Below, one piece after another: positions 13,867 to 27,464 of a stretch of 64,000 nucleotides of DNA. The stretch covers positions 3,038,001 to 3,102,000 of the forward strand of contig CM035354.1 of NCBI GenBank assembly GCA_020137815.1. Direction: 5' to 3'. Within the stretch, counting starts at the first letter, position 1. Every line of letters starts with the position of its first letter. Below the pieces are notes generated by a model, which did no database searches, was not told the origin of the DNA, and was given only the letters and a program-made list of their open reading frames with translations. The translations under genes were made by a program, and so were the position numbers. The DNA is from Hormiphora californensis (taxonomy: Eukaryota; Animalia; Ctenophora).

Positions 13867-14301
13867 GGTACGATGATCCTAGATAGAAACGAAGGAATGG
13901 AGGGTGTTAGAGGGGTAAATCTGAGATAAAATGTGGTGGAAAAAGGAAAACTGTGTCAAATCGGGGACACAGACACTTCAAAATCAGGAAAAAAGTGGGG
14001 GAAACGAGAAAAGGAAAAATCACTCTGATCATTGAGATTGTATGATGAAAATCTGCACAAACTCACACACATGGAATCACACACCAAAAACTCACCAAAC
14101 ATGGTTTTGATTTTTGAAGAGTGACCTGAAAAACAGTTCACTCGCACAAAATTATGGGACTGGAAAGGAGTTGGGAGGAGAAGAAGAGAGGGGGGGAGGT
14201 CAGGAAAAACATGTTGGTTTAGTCATGTAGGAATAAAATATAGAATAATGCAGTCAAATACAATGTATACATGTGCGTTATAAAACTTAAAATTATATGT
14301 G

Positions 14302-14341
<40 letters not shown>

Positions 14342-14580
14342 ATATCCCTCTCTGTCTTTATCTTTCTCAGCGTCAATAGCGTCTTTGTCATGCTACAATA
14401 TTACTTTGATAACTGTCATTATGTCAAACGAATATATTTACACATAAAACGAATTTACAAAACACCTCTTCCCAAAAATTATGTTTCACCAACTACCATT
14501 TCCCTTCGGTAATTTCGGAATGAACAATCCCCGCTGTCAATTCCAGTCTGTATATATAATATCCCCGATACACATGTTCC

Positions 14581-14689
14581 CAGGAACCGACCGATACAAG
14601 TAAACAACCAATTAGAACTCGTTATTTAGGTCACGTGACTGGTTATCAGCCAATCAGGGACCCGTATTTCCTGATTCGGTCGGTTCCTG
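14581..14689. mobile_element. 109-bp MITE, hAT-like, copy 2
   Basis: Perfect 14-bp TIR caggaaccgaccga/tcggtcggttcctg. The flanks catgttcc/catgcccc match at 6 of 8 bp (degenerate TSD). Confidence 0.88.
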
Positions 14690-14705
14690 CATGCCCCCAC
14701 CCCAT

Positions 14706-17427
14706 TCACCGGTTGTTTATGTTCTCCGCAGCGACCAGCGCCTCACGATACTCGTACGTCCAGAACCCATTGACATCAATCAGAATGCTGACTATGATGT
14801 CGCCCTGACCACATTTTATCAAATCCTTTAGTGTGATCCGTTCAGGTTCTGCTGGTTTCACCATGTCAAATACCTCGTTTATTAGATCTTTCATGTCAAC
14901 CTGAAGGGGGGGGGGTTGTTGAGTAGGTGTTACCTACTAGGTAACCCCTTAGTGGCTAGTACACTCGCCTCTCACGCACTAGGTCCCGGGTTCGATCCTG
15001 GTCTAGCGCATGTCGTCTAGTCCACCAAGCTATGATTGGTAGGGGCTCTCTTGAGAGACCCGAAAGCAACACGGAGTGCGTATGTTGTGGGGTAAGCGCC
15101 CGGCTACGCTGCAGAGAAATCTGCACCGGAAGGACCCGTGGCTGAAACGCCATTGAAAGGGATATCAGCACCCCCGGCACTGGATTTATCCTAGCCGTCC
15201 TGCTTTGCTTTTTTTTAACCCCTTACTCTATAGGGGGGGGCGGTTGTTGAGTAAGTTATCCATTACTAAATCTGGGGGGGGGGGGGTCTACCGAGAGGGT
15301 TTCATGATGTGTAGCCCACATAAACATAAAGTTACTCCATACAATTATATCTCATGTTACGGGTGAGCCTAACTAAGACATAAAATGTTTGAATACATAC
15401 TTCATGAAACATATGTATAGACCTTAAAAAACTACCGTTGTTTTTAATTTGTGATGTTTGAATACTTCAGAAATTGCACTCACCACATCCTGGCCATGTT
15501 TGGAGAGTTCCTCCTGGACAGCCCGGAAGTAGTAATTCAGGGAGAACATGGTCACCTCACCCCGCCCCTCACAATCCAAAATCTTAAACAGGTACTGGAG
15601 TGATTGGGAGGTCTTCCGATTTTCTAAAGCTAGGATGAAGTCCAGGTAGGTCTTGTAGTCCATTTCACCCTCGTATGTCAGACATTCTTGGAACACCCTG
15701 AGAGAGTAAGAGGGGATGTAAAAGATTTAAATTTTAAAGCAAGTTATTTTCTCGCTCGCCAGGGTGGTTTTAGGTTTAGGATAACCAACCCCCTCTAACG
15801 AAGCCAAGACCCCCCCCCCCCCCCCAGCACCAATCATCTTCATCAGAAACCACCACTGATAAACAAACTCGCCCCCTCTCCCAACTCCATCTCAAGATCA
15901 GCTTATAATTACCTGTCAAGAAAGACGGATGTAAGAGTGCCATTTCCATATTTGGACAGCTCCGACTTGGACAGCATACCATTGTGATCTGTATCCAGGG
16001 TGAGGTATTGTCCGTACACACGGAGGGCACTAGCCTGCACTAAACCAGTTGCATTCCTGCCGTTCCCTTGGTAACCCCTCCTCCCGTAGCTCCAGGAGTT
16101 CATCCAGGAAACTGCAACACAGTATGTCCTGAGGGAGGGGAACGATTTGCAGATCTTCGGTATAGGAAGTGAGTGGGACTAATTCAACAACTCTATGCAT
16201 CACATTTAGTCAAACATGTGCCCACTGTAATATGCCGAGAATATAATGTTGGATGATGCTGAACAATCTTGTTGAGTAACGGGATAATTAAACTAAACTT
16301 TTATTAAACTCGGCGAGAAACCCCTTACTTAACAAGAACAAACCTGGATTTTTATTTTCCCAGTTCGGAGTGGATCTAGGAAAAAGAAGAACTTCCTCAC
16401 TGCAGTACACACGTAGAAACTATAAAAACTCTTCTCCAGTCCGTCCAGTTGGGGAAGTGTGGGGATCATCTCCAGAATGTAATTTTCAAGATCTGCCTCG
16501 CGGAGGTAACCAAGCCCCGATATGTCGTAGAGGGAGAGCCCAATTCGGCTCTGTTGCAGCCAGACTTTTCGCATAACATAGTGGAAAAACTCGACTATGG
16601 CAATGCGACCGTGGGGGTCTTTCTTGTAAAGTTTGCTAAAGGTGAGGGCGGAGAAATATTCCTTGCATTTAGGGCTCACTTTATCTTTAACCTGTGGAGA
16701 AGGAATTGTTTGGTTGTATTATTGATCCAGAAATCCAAAGAGTCTCAATTTGTCCATAATGTTACAACATAATTTATAACTGTGGAGAAGGGGTGGAGTT
16801 AGTTAAGTTGGATTCCAACTTAACTAATGCAAACCACCCAATTATAGCCGACTACCCAATTATTGAGACACGCCGTGAACAATATAACTACCTTTAAATA
16901 ATCCTCATAGTTAATCATCCTGTCCTCGAGTGGAGCTGATAGATTCTCCTCGAGGAGATCTAGCAGCTTTTGTAGTTCCTCATTCTCAAGTAAAGCAGCA
17001 CTTTTCCGGGTTAGAAATGCTAGGGGAAAGGAGTTGTAGAGAGGAGTCAGAAAGCGTTAAAATACGATTTTAATGAGATTTCCATATTGATATTGTTCCA
17101 AAACAAAACGTTCGTTATTTTGGTTTGTATGGGTTACCTGCTCGACTTTCCTCGCGGAGTTTTTGAAGGATGACATTTTGTTCCGAGGGTAGGGGTGTGT
17201 AGAAGCACGGTATACTGGCATACGTTGGGTCCCTTTTTCTACCACCACCCCACTCCAAGTAGTATCTAGAAGGGTCAGACATTAGTACACAGTTGCTATG
17301 GCTACAATTCATGTCTATTTTGGGGGACATACTTCTCAAACATCTTCCTCTCCTCTGTTGTGTCTTTGGGTGTGCTTCCCGCCTTACTTGCATTGAACTC
17401 CCGCAGCTTGTCTGCCCATGACGCCAT
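14706..17427 (-). CDS. PPP2R3C: PP2A regulatory subunit B'' gamma (EF-hand), multi-exon
   Basis: Starts MASWADKLREF..MFEK|YYLEWGG. Contains VMRKVWLQQSRIGLSLYD..FYVCTAVRKFFFFLDP, ALRVYGQYLTLDTDHNGMLSK, FQECLTYEGEMDYKTYLDF and DVNGFWTYEYRE. Confidence 0.93.
14952..15215 (+). mobile_element. tRNA-derived SINE (5'-clipped) in last PPP2R3C intron
   Basis: tRNA-like head (tagtggctagtacactcgcctctcacgc..., B box GGTTCGATCC), ~200-bp body, tgctttgcttttttt tail and a 10-bp TSD taacccctta (14942-14951, 15216-15225). Confidence 0.8.
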
Positions 17428-17699
17428 TGCTACCACACTGTAAACAAAAAGTCAGATGGAGCTGCAATAATTGTGTATGAAAATAGTCGTTAGCAGGAAG
17501 TGCGCGGCTTTGCGCGCCACTCCAGCTGTACTTTCATAGGAAGAGAGTCTCAGGCGCGTGTCGGGAAAACTGTATAAATAAACTTTACATCTGAATACAC
17601 ACTCTGGGAAAATATATACACAATCTGATATGCAGTGATGAGTGGACAATAAAAAAGTGATGATGGCTATGAATGTGAAAATAAATACAGGTGATGTGA

Positions 17700-18637
17700 T
17701 TATGGTAGAAAATCAAACTCTTTTTTGAGTGGCAAAGTCAGTCGGAGTTGATGTTTATCGGTTACCCATTGTGCCCCGCCCTGGGCGCTTACAACAGGTT
17801 TGGGTAGGTGGAGACGAAGAGCGTATACTGGTGTCATACATTCAACCTGGTTGAGAGAGAGAGAGAGAGGGTTAGAGAAGGTGTTAGAGAGGGTGTCAGG
17901 GTGTTAGAGATTAAAGGGAGAAGGATAAAATCAGGCAGATATAGTAATTAGTATGGGCCGCCCTATACTATTTCTATGGTGATGCAGTAGTATAGTACAT
18001 TTAGAACGTGCTATAAAAGACCATTCTGTATGACCAACTACCAAGAAACCGAAACACCAACCTTCTCGTCGGTGACATTAAGATCAATATCACTACTCTT
18101 CGTATCAGGGAGGTTTATCGTAACCACAATCTCATCATTTGATGCCTCAGTTTTCCCGCTCATACCCAGAAAGACATCCTCAGTACCCACGTTCTGCTTG
18201 AACATGACTTCATACTCAGGCTGCTGTCGGTGATCTTCAATATTTTCCGCAGGGGCTCCCTCTGGAAGGAATTCTGTATCCCAAATATCCTTGCCTGTGG
18301 GGCCTTTTTTAACTGTCGTTGGAGTCACCTGGGGAGGGGGAGGTTTAGTAAATTGTTCTGACAATAATTGAACGGTTTTGACTTTGGTTAAGAAGTCACG
18401 CTCGCGATGAGGGATAAATTCATTACCAAGTTTCGACTACATAACCAACTCAAATGTATAACTGGTTTGTCAGCCCTAAACTGCACTAACATCAGGGATT
18501 TTGTGTGGTTTCTTGGTGCCAATTTGTCCAGGATTATAAAACCCATCCCCTCCAGTATCACTGTCACTATCCTCCTCTTTAGGATTCAACATTTCCTCCA
18601 GTTTAGAGAGTGCTGCAACGTCAAACATACCAGCCAT
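17700..18637 (-). CDS. PIH1D3: PIH1 domain-containing protein 3 (dynein axonemal assembly factor 6), 3 exons
   Basis: Contains MFDVAALSKL, PGQIG, KDIWDTEF, QPEYEVMFKQNVGTEDVFLGMSGK, IVVTINLP..DIDLNV, and a last exon YALRLHLPKPV..GAQW..LRLTLPLKKEFDFL*. Confidence 0.88.
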
Positions 18638-19278
18638 TGTGTCAGAGACTATTTTAAGAGAGGGTAACGGATCAGTTGAGAGAATATATTTTCTGCATTT
18701 AAATGAGATTTCTTCGAGGGTGGTAGCTACGTAATTTCTTGAGATTTTATAGCAATGCAAGAGAAGTGTCTGGTGATTTATAAGATGCCTCTAGTGGTGG
18801 TAAAAACACGTACTAAGTAACTTGTTTCTAATCAGGGAGAGTTGGAAATAGGGAACAAGGTTATATTTTAAACCACAATCTTGATTGGTTGAGACGTGGT
18901 AATGGTAATTAAAACACAAAATATTTTCAAAACTTTTTACACAAAATGTGTGCCAGCTGATAAACGAAAATAAATATAAAATTTACAGGGAATTTTCGAT
19001 AGGGCATTGGATTTCCTCTCAAATGAAGGGGTACGATAGGAGAGACGGGGGGAGGTTTTTTGTCTGTTTCTGACACACATTCACAGGGTGTTTCAATGTC
19101 TTTATCATCGACACCGCCTGCTTTACAATTGGGGGGGGGGGGGGGGAACAAGCACTTTATAAAGTTCGAGGAGGGAGGGGGGACGAAATAACACATTTAC
19201 ACACAAAAAGTGTCTCAATACATCCTCTCCGATAGAGAAACAGAAAGGAATCTCCGAGAGAGAAGTTCAGATTGTGTT

Positions 19279-21776
<2,498 letters not shown>

Positions 21777-22386
21777 AGGGGTTCATGATGATGGTGCTGT
21801 TCTGTGTAGGGTCTAAACCCCGCTACTACTAGAGTCTAGAAAGGGGAAGAAGGCTGTGAGATCATGGGAAATGGAGCTAGATTCAGATTTCATAGGAGTT
21901 TTTGCCTAGCTAGACTCTGTTACAAATGTAAAGGAGGGTTAGAACATAACAAAGGAGTTTCTGATAATAAGAAATTAAACGCGGTGGTTGGTAAAACTCG
22001 ATTCAAAATATACAACTTAAAAACTTTGTTTTATAGAGAGATATAATAGAACTGGTCACACCATTCAAAGGCGAATACAATGGTGCTACAATGGTTAAAC
22101 CCATTTTCTTTTCAGTCCTTCAACAGACAGTCATAAACAACTTTAGCGAGATACATGGCGCGAAGTGAACTCGGTGGGCAAATAAGGACACTTGTAAATT
22201 TCACGATGTCAATCGTCAGACATGCATACACAAACACACGTCACACAGTACAGGCCACAGGGCGAATCACTATGGCTATGGCTAAGTATGCGAAAATATA
22301 AGACAAATACAGCACGTTTTAGTTTGACAAGAAACAAAACAAACAGAAGGAAGAGGCACAAAAACAGAGAGGAATTATCTCCCTTA

Positions 22387-24788
22387 TCACACATCCGGTA
22401 TATCCCTCAGTCCACCAAGTACTTTCTGAGCCTCAGCAAGTGCATCTAACATCTTACTGGCCCTCTCCCTCTTCTTCCTGACACTCTCACTCTCGCTCAA
22501 TAGCTCATCAAACCGATCCTCGCTGTACAGCTCCGAGATGAGGGAACTGGAAAGATTCTTAGCGAGGTAACTGACCATAAAGTGCATAATTGTCTTGGGG
22601 ATGGAATCCTGGAGTTGTTTTCGGATGATAGTGAAATATTGGCACACCAGGCGCTCTATCATCTGGACTTCTTCCCTCTCTCGCCGGGTTAACTTGTGCT
22701 CCACTTCTTTGCCTGAGGCGGTACGTTCTAGGAATGAGTGGACTGTTAAGATAATCATAATGTTTGAACTTTGAGACAACAAAAGTTGCTATCTTGTACA
22801 ATAATTTGACAAATTAAATCTGTGCCCTAACTAAATAACAATTAAATATATTTGACCTACCACGGGCATCCACAAGACTGACTCTGTTCATTCCCCCCAC
22901 AAGGCGTTGCTGTTGATGATAATTAGCAGCTGCTGGCTCTTCCCTCCCTCCTGCCTCGCCCAAGAACCGATCAGTGACCTCCCTATACCGGTATATAAAA
23001 TCAGGGTGGTTCGTGTTGATGTAACTCTGCTCAATGGCCAGCAAGTTCTCCACCATCTCCCGAGTTGGTTGAAGTCTCTCACCGAGAAGGGCGACCCCAG
23101 CCGTCATTACTTCGTGTTTCATGGTGTCAAACCGCTCAAAGTGTCTGCCACAAACCACGGTGATGGTGTTCGCTAGCTCGTCGTAACTGAGATCAACCAC
23201 CCGAAGGCAAATGTCCCGGAGGAGGCCAATTTGACGTTTTGCCAGCATCTCAAAGGCGATTTCCGGGATGAAAATAGAAGGCCGTGTTCCCATGGAATTC
23301 CGGACAGAATGCCGAACGTCACTTAACGTTAGTCCTGTCATGGGATCAAATTCCTCTAGGGCCTTTCCAAATGTATCCTGGAAGATGTAAAACAACTTGG
23401 CTCCACCCGATATTTCGCTGGTGTTGATGTTGGTGGAGTTACCGTTTATCAGACCGCTGAAGTCTGCGGAAAACTGGTTGATCAACTCCAGAATGGCAGG
23501 ACCCTTTTTGACGATGGGCCGACCCAGATCACTAATAATTCCCTCCTGAACCCCCTTCATGTGGGACACCCTGGCCCTCAGTTGTGGCAAACACCTCTTC
23601 ACATGACCAAGTAAGAGGGTACTGAGACGATCCGAGAGGTATCCCGTGCCCATGCGAGCGGAGATTGTGGGGTGAGTTTTAGCAAAAAACCTGTCCTCTC
23701 GCTCCAGGGCATCCCTTATACTTGTCCCACTTTCAATGTCTCTTTGCGATCGGTTTATTACCCCAACAAGACCAAGTTTCACGGGGAGAGTAACACCCTT
23801 TAGGAGGTTAATTGACTCATCCCCTCGCTCCATCAGATCAACTTTAGTCACCACTACCAGAGTCCTATCCCCGAATGGGTCCACTCTCTTGGCAACCTTG
23901 ATGGCCTCACTTGTCGCTATGTCCTGATTTCCGGCAGTTATGGCAAGGATGATAGAGTTTTCATTCTCCACAAAACTCGATACAAGGTCTTCAATTTGAC
24001 TCTCAATATCCTCAGGTTGGCCCGCTACCGGAACTTTTGTCAGCCCTGGCAGGTCTACTAAAGTGAGGTTAGGAGTGGATCCACTGTAAATCTTCAGGTG
24101 TATGGGGATGGATGATATCCCTTTACTATCTCCTGCCACTCTCTCTGTATCCATAACTATTTCATCCTTAACGGCCTCAAAGTCGGTGAAAACCTCGCCC
24201 TTTCGGTGTAGAAACTCAGCCCATACCATGTGTTCTACCCCTCCTACACTGTGACACTCGCTGGTGTTGACCAGTTGGAGGATAAGAGGTCGCCGGGTGA
24301 CAATTCCCATACCGCGAGGCAGGAAATCCCGGCCGACAATGTTTTCCAGGACTGATGATTTACCTGGTTGGAAGGGGATACATGGTCAGTGATGTTGATA
24401 GAGAGAGATTGTTACTTTAATAGGAGAGAGATTGTTACTGTAACTAGGGAGAGATTGTTACTCTACATAGGGAGAGATTGTTACTGTAACTAGGCCCTAG
24501 GGAGAGATTGTTACTGTAACTAGGGAGAGATTGTTACTGTAACAGGGGAGATATTGTTACTCTAACTAGGGAGAGATTGATACTCTAACTAGGGAGAGAT
24601 TGTTACTGTAACTAGGGAGAGATTGTTACTGTAACTAGGGAGAGGGAGAACTCTCTATTACCTGATGATTGTGAGCCCAAGACCACTATTTGGGGAAGGA
24701 GGACTGTGTCAGAGGAAACTCCGACGGTGGTAAAAACATCCTGCAGTTTATTCATCGTCTCCAAAACGGAGCCCAGCGTGACGGTCAT
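22387..24788 (-). CDS. DNM1L: Dynamin-related protein 1 (Drp1/Dnm1-like GTPase), 3 exons
   Basis: Contains NKLQDVF, LPQIVVLGSQSSGKSSVLE, GIVTRRPLILQL, LTLVDLPGLTK, TKVDLM, GVINRSQ, the middle domain ISGGAK and a GED (LQDSIPKTIMHFMV). There is no PH domain. Confidence 0.9.
24400..24642. repeat. 23-bp minisatellite (tagggagagattgttactgtaac) filling DNM1L intron 1
   Basis: About 10 tandem copies are visible. Confidence 0.9.
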
Positions 24789-25110
24789 GGTTGCTGAGCT
24801 ATAATTGGACAAAGAGGGTAATAGGCAAATCAATTATTTGACTGTGACAAAAGAGGGTAGTAGACAAATCATTTATTTGACTGTGACAGCCGGTGACAGG
24901 TTTGTGTATGAGATATTGGCGCAGCAGATCAAAATTTTAAGCAGAGGTAGACACAATTTAGAAAATAAATAGCCTGCTAGCAAAATAAATATAAAATTTG
25001 ATAAAAATAACTTGGTCAACAAGTATCTATTCACATCTGACACTATAAATAAGATTTCTCACTATACTATTCACACTAATTTCCGATCACATCTTACGAC
25101 ACTCTCATTT

Positions 25111-26575
25111 CTACTTCTCCAGCATTTTCCCTACTCTTGTCTTTCTCTCCTGATGCTCCTTATCTTCATCTATAATGGCGTGTTCAGCTGCATTCCTTGC
25201 CTTCAAACAATCCCTGGTAAAGGTGTACAGTTCGTGTTTCAGCAGCTTCTCTAACTCTGAAGTATTTTCAACTTTTAGAGAGCCTTGTAGTAGTTTCACT
25301 GAGTGTTGTAGGGACGGGGCTAGCTTGTCAAAATGCTGGAAAAATACCGCCAACTGTTCGTTAGTTTGTTCCTCTTGAAGGAGAGAGTAGCAGGAGAGAA
25401 GAGAGGAAAGGGGATCAGTTAAAACGGGGGCCAAAGAGTTTCGTTCAAACTCTCTAAACACAGTTTCTATTCCAGCGATTAACTTCAACACAAACTGAGT
25501 GTGCTGATCCAATCTCTTGTGGCATTTTGCCAGTTCGTTATCAAGACTTTCCAGCCTTAGTTTGTGTAGCTTACCCTGGTGGTGTGCTAGCTGCCAGACC
25601 AAGGGTACAATTTCCAGGATTTCCTTCTTTTTGGTGTGACCCCGAACGAACTCAGTGACTGACTGAAGAGTAACCTCAGTTGAGATCTTTTTACCTCGAT
25701 GGGGTAACTGGGGTTGTAGAACGGAGAGATATGTTAGGTTGGTCGTACAATCCCGGAGCTGTGATAAGAGGTGGTCTTTGTGTGGTGTGGCGAGGGGACT
25801 ATCTCTGATTTCTGATTCCAATGTCGCACCGGTTGATCGGTGGAACGATTCTAGGGACACCACAAGTTCACTCAACTTGGTTTCAAGGTTACTCTGAAAA
25901 GAAAAGATGGTCAAGTACAAGGAAAGGAAATATGTGGCTCAGAAGTAGATTTGCCATATTACTTACGATTTGTTTCAAGTTATAAGAAGCATAATCACGC
26001 GGATTAGGACAATCTTCCCGGAACTTATTTTTGATCAACTGACCAGCGATAACTGTCTGAAAAAGAAGTTTTGTTGGTACAAGTTATAGTTGTTGTCAAT
26101 GTTTGGGATAGGTATTTTTTACATAGCATGAACAAAACTAATCGATAAACCTACATCTGCATTCTCAGTTGGTCGGTTGAATGTCTTACAAACGCCCCGT
26201 AAAGTTTTAACAACCCCGTCAAGACCCTCACAACCAGACCTTTGTTCCAAATCGAGTGCAACATTTTCAATTGTATTGTAAGCGTGGTGCAAGGATATCT
26301 TCCTCTCATTCATTTGGTGGGAGAGACTCTGACACTGTCTCTCGAGTTGGTAGATACGACATTTAAGGAGGACAAGACGTCGCGGGTCATTCGTCTCTGT
26401 TTTACCTTCTGCCATGAGCTGGTCGTATAGACCTCTGAAACAGAAAAGAGTGGAAATCTTCAAAACACAAGGGGGAGAGAGAGAAAGCCACAATATATAT
26501 TCGGGATGTAGTTTGTTACCTGAGTTCAGCGTTTTCTTTCCGAAGTTTTTCATTTTCAGCTTTCAAAGTGTTCAT
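25111..26575 (-). CDS. Uncharacterised coiled-coil protein, ~4 exons
   Basis: ATG at 26575 (MNTLKAENEKLRKENAELR) splices in phase 2 to GLYDQLMAEG..RRLVLLKCRIYQLERQ. There is a small exon at ~25966-26056 and a long terminal exon at 25111-~25893. I do not recognise the family. Confidence 0.7.
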
Positions 26576-26651
26576 TCTAGCAAAGAGATATGGAAATGCA
26601 TTTGCACGTTTCTCTATTTAGTTGTAGGCTGTAAAACACAAAAGTAAAATA

Positions 26652-27008
26652 TCAAGAAGGGTTCCAAGATGAGGTTACACCGAGAGTCCTAAAAACTTTA
26701 ACAGAAACCGAACTGTTCTTGCGACTTTGAATCGTGTCATCTTCTAGCTCGTCATGAAGAGTCACAGTATGTGTAGTTGTACTCAAATCATACATCCCCT
26801 TTCCTCGATCCTTTATCTGTAAGGCTAAGTTTAGAACGCGGCTCATAGCTGGACCTATGCCGTGAATCACTACATGATCTAACTTCCCCTCGTCTAAGAT
26901 CCTCCACGCCCGCTCCAACTGCTGACTGAATGGCTGTGTTGTGTCCAGATATATTTCATTGATCCCATGACTGTGAACGGGTGGAATCTTCTTACGACCT
27001 TTGCTCAT
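26652..27008 (-). CDS. POP7: RNase P/MRP subunit Rpp20 (Alba-like)
   Basis: Contains NEIYLDTTQPFSQQLERAWRIL, VVIHGIGPAMSRVLNLALQI, TTTHTVTLHDEL and SRKNSSVSVKV. Confidence 0.85.
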   Translation of the reverse strand: MSKGRKKIPPVHSHGINEIYLDTTQPFSQQLERAWRILDEGKLDHVVIHGIGPAMSRVLNLALQIKDRGKGMYDLSTTTHTVTLHDELEDDTIQSRKNSSVSVKVFRTLGVTSSWNPS

Positions 27009-27464
27009 GTTAATTCCTGTGCCCTGTAATAAAAAAGTTACATCTTCGATTAAATGTGAAAATTTGAAATTGATCAACCATAGCTGATACAGGAAACTGC
27101 GACAACCTCGTACAAACAAAACAAAACAAACTGCTCACAAGTCACACGCCGAAAAGGGATCAATTCTTGACGACGTAACCGTGATTTTTTCCCTGCCCGG
27201 GTGATTGCCGAAGGCAATCACCCGGGATGATGTTTTTAGCACGCACGTGCTAAAAAGATCATAAAGGGTTTAGAAATCAGCAGATCGTGTAGTTAACTAA
27301 AATGTCCGTCCGTCCGTCTGTCCACCGTTACGGCGCCGCGCACATAACAACCGATCCGTTTTGAAAGCGTCGTCCGCAAAGTTATTACACTACGGATTTC
27401 GGTGGCGCGCGCTCAAGATTTGCTGCGCGCGGCGCTCTCAATGCAGCGTATGTATCAATTATTT

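Noticed and set aside
14950-15005. tRNA gene
   Set aside because: The 5' acceptor stem is missing and the sequence continues into a body, T-rich tail and TSD, so it is a SINE head.
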